Assembly: GCA_028023455.1 (NCBI GenBank)
Contig: JAQFVV010000006.1
Coordinates: 2,356,001-2,420,000 of the forward strand
Direction: 5' to 3'
Length of the DNA stretch: 64,000 nucleotides
Source: Epiperipatus broadwayi
Taxonomy: Eukaryota; Animalia; Onychophora
Numbering within the stretch: the stretch's first letter is position 1; every line of letters starts with the position of its first letter. A program made the translations under genes and the position numbers. Below, in pieces: positions 50,052-60,425 of the stretch. Under the pieces are notes generated by a model. The model did not search any database, was not told where the DNA came from, and saw only the letters and a program-made list of their open reading frames with translations.

Positions 50052-53000
50052 TAACTTTTCATAATTTTACTTACGTATAATAGCTTCATTATCTATCTGA
50101 AGAGCACATATGTATATTATTTGATTTCAAACGCTAATGAAGTAAAGTCTTAACTATTTCAATTATACTTATGTGATTTTGTGTAGTTATATTTAGCTTT
50201 TTATAAGAATAGGTTTTGTTCTTTATAATACTTAATTTATCATTCAATGGTAAATTAGTTTTAATACTTATACTTTATAATATTTAATCTAGTGTATAGT
50301 TATTGATATATCATGATATGTTTTGAATGTTTTTTAAAGGTGTAGAAGCTATTGAAAATTTCCTTTATCTTTGATATGTTGTTGTTTTTTTTTTTTTGTT
50401 AATTTAGTTGTGTTTAATAGATTACATCTTTAAATATTCAAGATATAAAAGAAAAATCAGTTTTATTTCTTAATTTTTTGCTTTTTTTTTTTCTGTTTCT
50501 TTTAAAGTGTTTTAAATGACAATTATAGTTTTAAATAATCAAAAATTAGTTTTAAGTTAAATCAATCTTTCTCTTAAAGAAATAGTTTTAAAAGAATATA
50601 AGGAGATTTAGATTTTAAATAGTTAAAATTTAATTGAATAAAAGTTATTTCTCTGATGCTATTCAAAAATCATTTAAGCAATGTTACAAAATTAATGGAA
50701 GTAAAGGTATGTGTTCCAGTGCAGATTTGAATGCATACATTGTTTTGTTTCTTCGTCAATGATATCTACTGGTGAATTGTGTAGTATGTCATAGCTTAAT
50801 TAATACTAAAGTACCAGTTAATTTTATTGTGCTTAGAATTTGTAGGAAGTTTGCCATAATTATTTTTATTTATATCACATATGCTTCTGAAATTGGAGAT
50901 AGTATATATATATAATGATCCTGGCTGTTTTATCCATTGTTTTTTTATTGTATATGTTATTTACCTCCCCAATATATATTATTCCTGCTTGAGATACTTG
51001 TGGATGATTTTGCTCTGGCCAGAGATAGCTTCTCATGGATTTTACTTATAATTTGTACTGCAGGTTGTTAGAGGTATTTACTATGATAGTTTAATTTTAA
51101 TGTGGTGTAAGGTCAAATGCATACTATGTAGAACTGATTTTATAATGCCTTTGCATTGGTTCTATTTAAAATTAATTTAGTCTTTTTATAATTGCTTACT
51201 CTTTTAAGTTAATAGAAAGTAAAGGTGTACATCTTATCTTAGCTATTACATATCTATCAGAATCCAAGAAATAACAGACTTACTTGATAATAGTCATAGA
51301 GATGGTGCTGAATTATTAAATATAAGATGTGGTGATTCAATTCATTAACTGTATGATATTGAACTGTTAATAAAATATATTTTGTTTAATATTAGATCAG
51401 TCTTACTGTTTGCTTACTGTTATCTTTTTTGCTAATTGGTGTTTCTAGAGAATCTCTGTTATAATAACATAGTTGTGTAGACATTTACAATTAAGATCTT
51501 CACCAATAAACTTTCATATGATGTCTCATGATAAAATATTTTAGGCTATCTAACATAATATATCTTATCTATCTATATATCTGTCTGTCTATTTGTCTAT
51601 ATGTCTATTTCTAGAATGTGTGATGTGATGCACTGTGACTTCTCCTTAAACGGAGTCAGGAATCTCTCAGCAATTATGTCCAGAGAAACCAGTTAGCCAC
51701 TTTATTAATATATATATATATATATATATTGGTTACAATATATATATATATATTAGTCTAGTGGTGTCCTCTGATGTTGGATATTGATGTACCTATTATT
51801 CATTACAATATATTTTATTCCTACCATTTAATTTCCATAAAAATTCTATAAATATCAGAATATTTGAAAATTTGGCAAATGGGTCATTTTTAAACCCTGC
51901 ATTGATTGATTTCTATTGTTCCTTAGCAGTCTTTGACTTTGTTAAAAATAAAATATATTTTTGAACAAGTCAAATTTTGGAGAAGATAGTTACAAGCTGT
52001 TTGATAACACACAAGCACTGAATGTTATAATATAATTGTAATACTGTAAAATTATGTAAAAAGTTTAAAATTTTAAATCATACATTGATAGATTTATCAG
52101 ATATTGATATTATTCATTCATATTTTAAACAAATAAAAAAGAGTTTGTTCCTAATTTTCCCTTACAATTGAATGATGAAATAGTACTTTGGGTTTGATCA
52201 TCATATAATTTTATCAGTATTTAAAGAACTCAGATGTGATTTTTAAGAATTTACTCCATTTCTAAACAAAAATATCTATCAAATGAAGTCAAATTTATCC
52301 TATTTTGATATTTAATAATGGTTTGATATTAAATTTAATGTTTAAAACTTTCTGCCAGTGAAAACTATTAAACTTTCATAGCTCTCTTGTAGTGCAAAAG
52401 AGTTAAATTAAAAATTCTTGAGTGGACTAACATTTTAATTAATATTTATGATTATCATTTCTCCTCTTCTAATTCTCATTTTAAAAAAAATTTGCAAAAT
52501 CTGCTAAATGCCAAAAAACTTTTATTAATAATTATAATTTTTTGATTTTGTTTTTATCTCATTGTCCACATTTATATTTCAATGTTAAACAACAATAAAT
52601 GCTGAAATCAGATTCCAATATTGTTTTTTCTACAGTCTAAGAATTGATCATGAAGTTGAGCTTCTCTCAAAAAGTATCTCCTATTTGGAAAAAGTTGATC
52701 AGAACCTATTTCAGAGTATTTTTTTAGTGCTGTAAAGTATGTTTTTAGGAAATTGTCAATATTCGTTCACTTTACAAAATTATATACAATTGCTAGAGTT
52801 TTATTAATAGTGGTATAATTACATTTTTTTAATTACAGTAAGTTTCTCCCATTCTGAAATAGGAACAGCCATCTGAAGAATATGGGTTTTAAATTTAGGA
52901 AAGGACAGAACAAAATAAACTTGTGCCCTTTGCATGCTTTTGGTGCTCAAATGTTTATTGACCTCCAGAGCCACTGAGCACATAGAAATAAATATAGACC

Positions 53001-53113
53001 TAGTATTGATAAATTTATTCAGGATATTTATTAATTGATGTAGAGGATTACTCTGCCTTCACACTAAACAATGCAAAACCTTTTTATATTAGATTTTAAT
53101 GTTTGTAAATGTG

Positions 53114-53329
53114 ATTAAACAGGAAAAACTCCATACAGTAGTGCCACCCTGTGCCAACCAGAGTAATCAATGGATGCCAGAAGGCTTGTGAAGAAAATCC
53201 CATCTAGTGCCTATTCATCCAATATCCCCAAACTAGTTTCTGTCTTGTGGCAGAAGGTGGCACTGCTGTATGGAAAGTTTTGCCTATTTAATAACATATG
53301 CTAGCATAAGAGATGGTGATCATGTGACA
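53114..53329. mobile_element. Asymmetric fold-back element of the 12 kb family with 12-bp TSD
   Basis: ~35-bp inverted termini, ~37-bp tail on the right, TSD tttgtaaatgtg at 53102-53113 and 53330-53341; retains only the 3' half of the hammerhead (gaaactagtttgggga, minus strand). Confidence 0.8.
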
Positions 53330-53834
53330 TTTGTAAATGTGTTTATTTAACTTAGAAACACCGTTGCTTGTTTGTGTAGGATACATTTAGTAATCTGTTA
53401 TTAATGTATCATGAAATGGATTCCCTTAAAATTTTGTGCAAGTGTTAGAAATTGATGGCAGTGCAGTATGAAATATTTTAGCGTTGTCCCTTCACTTGTT
53501 TAGTGTAATGAGGTGGTCAGCCTGAATTTCAAACACATTGATATTGTTACATAAAGTTTTCAGAAAATTTTTCTTATATATTGGATTATTTCCATCATCT
53601 ATATTATTGAATGTCTTTAGAAATAATTAATCTTATTGAAACTTTCCAATTACATTCATCTGTTAGTAATAGCCCAAAGGTTCCTTCATGCGCAGTGTTT
53701 TGAGGGATATTATTCTCCTTTTCTTCACATGTTTCTGGTCTGACCAGTGACAGTACTAGCATGGGAATTGAATCTAAAGATACCACACTATATATTCTAA
53801 CATCTACAAAGCCTAAACTTTTAATTCTGAAGAG

Positions 53835-54133
53835 AAAAACTGCATCTATGAAATACCATGTAATGTGGAAGGATGTATATTGTTGAGACCAGTAGTCCCA
53901 TTGAAAAGCATTTGCAAGAACACAAACTGATGATTAGAAGAGAGAAAATGTGTCTAAGGTAGCAGATCATATATGTATCAATGAACATGTTCAATTGAGA
54001 AAATGTATAAATATTTGATAGATAAGAAAAGATTCAAAGAAGAAAATTTAAAGAAGCTGTTCATATAACAATGGCAAACAATTCCATAAGTCACTCTAGT
54101 GTGACTGTACATAGTGTATGGAAACCACTAATC
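53835..54133 (+). pseudogene. Penelope-like GIY-YIG endonuclease fragment, third lineage
   Basis: KNCIYEIPC..CGRMYI.ETSSPIEKHLQEHK...SKVADH...K.KEAVHI...VWKPLI with frameshifts. Confidence 0.85.
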
Positions 54134-54329
54134 AATTTTGCTCTTGGGGAAAAGTGGAGAAATTAGGGTTAATCTTGTAAATACGTATATGAAATTTGTA
54201 AGTATATGAAATTTGTACTGACTGTTACCTTTGGTAGGATAGCTAGAACATTACCTTAAAATTCAATACTCAATAATATGAGTCCAGGTTCAGTTCTCAT
54301 GTTAGTGCTGTCATTGGTCAGGCCAGCAT

Positions 54330-54372
54330 CACCTGAAGAAGAGGGGAGAATACTACTTTTTGAAATATTGTG
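54330..54372 (+). ncRNA. Decayed minimal type I hammerhead downstream of the third PLE
   Basis: cac CTGAAGA agaggg gagaatacta cttttt GAAA ta TT gtg. Confidence 0.55.
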
Positions 54373-54599
54373 CATATACTATCCTGTGTGCTATTACTAA
54401 CAGTTGGATGTATTTGCTTTACTTAAATAAAGGTTAGATTTTTCGAAAGACATTCAATACTCATATTAGATTATAGAAATAATCCATGATGTAAATACAA
54501 CTTAAATACCACCTCACAAACCATCAGAAAATACACTAGAAAGTGTTTATGATAATACAAATTTTAATTAGTTTGATTGTTAAAAAATATATATATATT

Positions 54600-54694
54600 T
54601 TTCAAGTGTCATAGCATCTGCTGGGAAGCGAATTCGCTAACCTGGCACAACTGCTTGTAAGGCAGCTGTGCTGACCTCTCGATCAACAACGCTT
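54600..54694 (-). mobile_element. tRNA-Gly-derived SINE
   Basis: Reverse complement of the family consensus. Confidence 0.75.
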
Positions 54695-55094
54695 ATTTTT
54701 TTAAATGCTTCTTTCATAAACAAAATAATATTGGAATTGATTTTTTAATACACATTTTTTTTTTTCCAAATGTTGTGCAGACTGCAACATATCTTATAAT
54801 CTATACTTTAATTTTGAATTGGAAAAATAACAAAAAATATCCTGAAAACTATACCGATTTGGTATTGTGGTATTAGAGCTGCGACATGAAGAATTATAAT
54901 CGTTTAATCATTAAATTAATTAGGTTATTAAATCAAAAACATATTTTAAAATATACATTTAAAAAAAAAAAACAATTTAACAAAAAAAAAATACGAAAAG
55001 CATTAATGTGAAGAATAGTTAAAATGCGTGTTTAAATCAAATTGAGTGTGTGTTTGCACGTGCATATTCTGCATAATCTATTTTAATACATTGT

Positions 55095-55210
55095 ACAGGC
55101 TTACGACTGCATTTATATATGTACTATATGCGGGATTCGAACTCAGACTTCCACACGACCTACAACTCTCAGTGCCGTCTTAAATTGTTGACTCACCTGA
55201 TCACCCACAT
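55095..55210 (-). mobile_element. Possible tRNA-derived SINE of another family
   Basis: B-box gagttcgaatcccgc on the minus strand with upstream A-box-like tgatcaggtgagt. Confidence 0.35.
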
Positions 55211-56136
55211 GTTGAAAGGATAAATAATCACCAATGTACGTTTTTCATGCTAAACCAGCACTCATTAAAGTATGAAGATTGGTTTTCTTAATATAAAGCT
55301 GAGTACTAATTGTACATATGTATGGAGATGCGGGTTTTCTGTGGAACCTATCTACCGCATAAAACGAGATCCAGGTGTATTATATATATTATTTCAACTT
55401 TACAAGTTTTTATGTGATATATGTTGGGGGGAGGGACCCATTATATTTGAAAATTAGTATTAAAAAAATGAAGTTTCGAAAATTGCTGAATTATTCAAAT
55501 TATTGTTTTGATATACTAGCTGTGAGCTTAATTCAGTTGTTGTTATTAGTGATATTCAAATAAATAAATAAAAAAATATGAGTTGATAGATTGCTTGAAG
55601 AAAAGGAATATTCTTATATCTAGAATTATTTTATGCCCTGCAGTAATTTATAGATTTTTTCTGTCTTTTTTTACATTAAGTTTTTTTTTTTTTTTTTACT
55701 TTTATTTTTATTTAAATTCATTCTTATATCGACTATTTAATATGTTTATGTAATTTTAATACCATTTTATATCCTCTTAACTGCAAATAGGATTTAATTT
55801 AATAGAAGAGAGAAAAACTGTATTGACAATCATAAATACTTTGAAAATTATATCTTTAATGAAATAAAAAAAAAAACTGAAATTGATATCTTTTATTTAA
55901 TGAGCTTTTAGTTTTTAAAATATATAGTTGTTCCTACGTGTGTAGATGTGATAGTTATATGTGTGTGATTAATTGATAATTATCTAGTGTGCTTGCTAAT
56001 TGTCTGCAACCAATAAAATTTTGAAGATTTGCTATATACAGTTCTAAAGCTTGGTATCATTCCCGAATTGAAAAGTATCCCAGAAGAATCTCTCTCACTG
56101 TACTTTCATCTATTTTACGTACCAAAACTAGACTCA

Positions 56137-56239
56137 TGTCAAGCGTTGGTGGCCGAGTGGTTAGCACAGCTGCCTTACAAGCACTTGTCCCGGGATTCGC
56201 TTCCCTGCAGACGTTTTGACACATTAAAAAAAAAAAAAA
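56137..56239 (+). mobile_element. tRNA-Gly(TCC)-derived SINE, closest to the parent tRNA
   Basis: GCGTTGGTGGccgAGTGGTTAGCAcAGCTGCCTTaCAAGCA..TG.CCCGGG.TTCG.TTCCC; poly(A). Confidence 0.85.
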
Positions 56240-56241
56240 CT

Positions 56242-56350
56242 TGTCAAGCGTTGTTAGGCGAGAGGTCATCGCAACCGCATTGCAAGCAAGTAGTTGGTTA
56301 CAGACGGTTGTAGGTTCGCGTCCCGGCCGATGCTATGACATATGGGGGGG
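56242..56350 (+). mobile_element. tRNA-Gly-derived SINE, long subfamily, directly tandem to the previous copy
   Basis: tgtcaagcgttgttaggcgagagg...ggttcgcgtcccggccgatgctatgaca. Confidence 0.85.
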
Positions 56351-57427
56351 ACGGGACTAGATTCATCAGGTGACCAAAGTTTTGAAACACCTAAACATCC
56401 AGACTGAAACAGCAATGAGATTTTTTTTAATCATATCATAATTATTTTGATGGTTAAATTTTTCTAACAACCATGTTTTTAATATTCATATTTCTAATGT
56501 GTGGGTGTGTAGTAAAACTGAAATTATCTATAAATTATTTTTTATTATACCAGTTATTAGTAGTTGTTGGTATAAGGTCTTCTCCATACAAATTGCATTT
56601 GACTTTAAACAATCACATGAATGCTTAAAACTTTAGACAATAGAAAACTATTTAATTTATATGCTTAACAATATATACACAGCTGTGATGTAGTTCTTAT
56701 GAAGACCTCAACAAAAAAAATAATATTAACAAAAAATAGATCTATGCAGTTACAAAAAAGACAATGTAATAGTATGTCTAAAGTGATGGGCTTTTACATT
56801 TCTGAGTGCAATTGAGACAATACAGAGTGTGCTAGGTGAAGAAATGACTGGTTGAGAACTGACTTGTGATAAGTAATATAAATAAATTTTTATTTCGCAA
56901 TGTTTCAAGCTATGAATAATGAGTTTTCAGATTCATGTAGACTACTTTTTTTAATAAATATTAAATTTTAACCAACATTCTCAATATCACGTAAACGTTT
57001 TATGTCTTTTAATTCACCCGTGTCTCTTTTTTTTAAACTTGTATATTTTCCCTGCACATTTAAAAAATTACTGGAAAATATTAGCAATAACTAATTGAAC
57101 TTCATTCCTATACACAAATTACGACAAATTGATTTACAGGTGTCAAACTATTTTCCACACATAATTTTAGCCGTCCACTTCAGATAAATATATTAATAAT
57201 TATTATTAGTTGTTTATTAGGCTAGAAATTACCATTTCAATCTTAGTCCATATATATATTTAACTTCAATTAAAGATTAATATATTGTTTTTAAATAAAT
57301 ATAAACACTTATTCTTCTCTTTCATGTTCTTTGCATATCTTCATATATTCATATATATATATATTGCTTACAACAGTTCTTTCATATACACTTTAATGCA
57401 AACAATTTTTTTAAAAAACTTTATTTT

Positions 57428-57465
57428 CCTTACAGTTTCACCTGTCCAGCAGTCTTCATCAGAGC
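57428..57465 (-). ncRNA. Degenerate minimal type I hammerhead (related to 287 and 11813)
   Basis: Minus strand: gct CTGATGA a gactg ctgga caggt GAAA ctg TA agg, followed by aataaa. Confidence 0.55.
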
Positions 57466-58631
57466 TCTATGCTTCACTGCTTTAGCAATATATATATATA
57501 TATATATAAACACATTGGCATATGGAATAATTTAATTTCACTTTTTTTTTCTAAGTATAACATCTTTTTTTAGATATATTTGATAGTCCGATAACTTATT
57601 ATTGATAAGTACTGAACATATGATAGAGACATATTAGTCATTGTTATTTGGGTAAACTGAATAGTGCTGCTTGAGCATTAGGGTTATCTTTTTCTGATGT
57701 CTTTATTCATACATTTCAAGAATTTATGGGTGGTGGGCATTTTCATTATATCTTAACAACACACAAATTATGGAGTAGCTCTTGTAAGAATTTATCAAAG
57801 TGACTATAATAATCTGTAATGATTATTTAATCACAATCCAATGGATTTCATTTAGTTGGTTTTGATGAAGAATAGGTTAGAGAACATGTACATATTTTCA
57901 TATTCTGGACCTATCGTAATTTGGAATCATAGTTTTGTGGCAATAGAAATGATGTTTTTGTTTAAATGGTCAAGAAGAATAGACATGTAGTAAATGGGTT
58001 GTTTTTTGCCAAATGTGTATGTGAAAAACTAAGTATATGTAGGTCGAAAACGGTGAATGTTAATAAAACATCAGATAGAAAACAATGGAATATATGAAAC
58101 CAGTAGAAGACAGAACTATTTATACAGGGCTTAGTACTAGATTGTTATGAGGGAAACCATAATTGAAATATTTATCACTCAGGAGTTTGTAAAAAATTTG
58201 ATCATTGGAAGTAATGACTGAACAACAATCCATGAGCCTTGAATTCCAGAGACTCCACCTCTTTCATTGCACCAAGCTTTGCAGAGCAGTACTAAAAGAA
58301 TTACATAAAGAATGGTGTAACATTTGATTTAATACCGATTAGATGAAAAGAGATTTTTTGGGAAACAGTACATCATATCGCACAAGGGTAAATAGAGGAA
58401 TAATATATACAAATGATTCCCATGATAGAGTAACAACTTTCCATGTGTGTTCACTTACAATTGATGTCACTTGGGTGAGATAAAATAGGATGGGCAGTAA
58501 TAAAAGAAATTGGAAAAGCTTTAACTTTTTCAGTGCATACTTTTTGACACTCTATAAAGGCTATTTGTAATAAATCATCAACTTTTTACTTTAACGATTA
58601 AACTTTTATTCCACTGTGTTTTTCTACAAAT

Positions 58632-59684
58632 GTGGCAACATTCAATAATCAATGTTACCAAATGAACGATGGATGGCCGATGGGATTACCCATGAGTGGT
58701 ATCATCTCAAGTATCATACTTAATTATTTTGAAAAAAGTATTATTCCTAAATACGAACAAACACTTAAGTTAATTGTATACACAAGATACGTTGATGACC
58801 TTTTCATCGCTGCTACTGAAGAAATTATAGATAAAATTAAACAGGACATACAAGACAGTACGCAGCTGAAGCTAAACATAGAAATGGAAGATCGTGAAGG
58901 GAAAACTAAATACTTGGATATGTATGTGCAAAGAGAAGATCAAAGACTAAATTATACAATGATTATAAAACCAATAGAAAAAAGAGGCAATATTCAACCT
59001 TCTTCAAACACGCCTTCTATTCATAAATTAGCTGGTTTAGCGTCTTTCTTGCATAGGAATGAGCAACTTTGCAGATTTGAATCGGACAAAAGAGCAAACT
59101 TAATCTTATATGGAAACGATTTATTAGATTTCGGCTTCAAGCATTACACAATTGATAGGAAGATTAGACAATTTTACAGTAAATTAAACAGCAATGTTAT
59201 TAAGCAGCAGAAAAATAGAATTTTGTTACCATATATTGCAACTACCCATAGAAAGTTTTACTCAGTGTTTAATAAAGAATTTCAACTAAGCTTTCATACA
59301 CCCCCTAATACAAATAGAATTATTAATAACACCAAAGACATTATAACACCCAACAACACCTCTCAGGCCGTATATATTTCATGTCCAGAAAATAACTGCA
59401 TGGCATCATACTATGGGGAAACGAAAGCAACTCTTTCTACAAGACTATCCCAGCACAGATATTCTTACAATAAGGCCCAAGTAGACCCAAATTGCAACTC
59501 AATATTTGCAATACATCAGAAATCAGCTGGTCATGCATGTGAACCTAAAAATGCAAGAATAGTTTGCAGGGAGAGAAATGACATTAAGAGAAAAGTTAAA
59601 GAAGCATGTTTTATTGCTATTGATGATAAGGCTATGAATAGGAAAGATGCGTGTTACAAAATCTCTAAGAAATGGATCATTTAG
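58632..59684 (+). CDS. 5'-truncated Penelope-like RT plus GIY-YIG endonuclease (350 aa, stop-free)
   Basis: GWPMGLPMSG, YTRYVDDLF, KYLD, AVYISC...C..YYGET, RLSQH, H....H, KVKEACFI motifs. Confidence 0.95.
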   Translation: MATFNNQCYQMNDGWPMGLPMSGIISSIILNYFEKSIIPKYEQTLKLIVYTRYVDDLFIAATEEIIDKIKQDIQDSTQLKLNIEMEDREGKTKYLDMYVQREDQRLNYTMIIKPIEKRGNIQPSSNTPSIHKLAGLASFLHRNEQLCRFESDKRANLILYGNDLLDFGFKHYTIDRKIRQFYSKLNSNVIKQQKNRILLPYIATTHRKFYSVFNKEFQLSFHTPPNTNRIINNTKDIITPNNTSQAVYISCPENNCMASYYGETKATLSTRLSQHRYSYNKAQVDPNCNSIFAIHQKSAGHACEPKNARIVCRERNDIKRKVKEACFIAIDDKAMNRKDACYKISKKWII

Positions 59685-59764
59685 AGCTGACGCATTTATT
59701 TTCAACTAATTTACATATATCAGCATATTTTAGCATATACCAACACGCTATGCTTATTCTTTGT

Positions 59765-59809
59765 TGCCCATGATTATGAGAGCTAAGTTCTCTTGAAAGC
59801 GCTCGGGCA
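59765..59809 (+). ncRNA. Variant (A3:U8) minimal type I hammerhead in the PLE 3' pLTR
   Basis: tgccc ATGATTA t gagag ctaagtt ctctt GAAA gcgc TC gggca; 5-bp stem I, 5-bp stem II, palindromic AGCGCT stem III. Confidence 0.75.
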
Positions 59810-60005
59810 TTATTCTTTAGATATTATAATTATTTTGAGTTTATAATATATTGTTATTTAATCCTGATGAAGCTCGGTTGTTGTGCGCGTATTTGCGCAT
59901 TAAAATTATATACATACAAATATTAATGTATATTTTAAAAATGTAAGTTTAAAGTTAAAAATCATTCTTTAAAGTAATATAATTTTGCAAATGTAGAAAA
60001 AAAGG

Positions 60006-60425
60006 TACAAGGGGGTAACTGAAAAATCATCGAATTTTGTAATAAAAATTGTGCATTTATTTTTAGGTGTTATAAATTGAATATTCCTCAAAGTTCTGTC
60101 CACTTGATGTAATGCACTGGTCTAAACATGTTTTTCAATTTTCAAAATAGTTGTGAAACTTTTGCAAAGTGATGCCTTTTAACGTCTCTGTCATTTTATT
60201 CTTCACCACTGCCAAGTTCACAAAACTTTTTTTGACACATTTTTTGGTTTGGATGAATAAAAAGAAGTCGCATGGAGCAAGGTCGAGTGAATACAGTTGA
60301 TAGGTAAATTGGGTCATGTTGTTTTTATTTAAAAATTGTTTCATATGAAGACTTTGTGAATTAATACTTTGTCATGGTGAAGCTTGCACTCCCCACTTTG
60401 CCACAAATTGGGATGTTTTTTTCTA
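60006..60425 (-). mobile_element. Mariner transposon 3' fragment
   Basis: YSLDLAPCDFFLF (YSPDLAPCDF) motif, FLNKNN upstream, terminal tacaaggggg TIR. Confidence 0.85.

Noticed and set aside
53604-53786. 60-aa ORF as a host exon
   Set aside because: Better explained as decayed retroelement sequence next to the PLE endonuclease
56143-56215. Functional tRNA-Gly gene
   Set aside because: Anticodon and T-arm are altered, it has a poly(A) tail, and it belongs to a multi-copy SINE family
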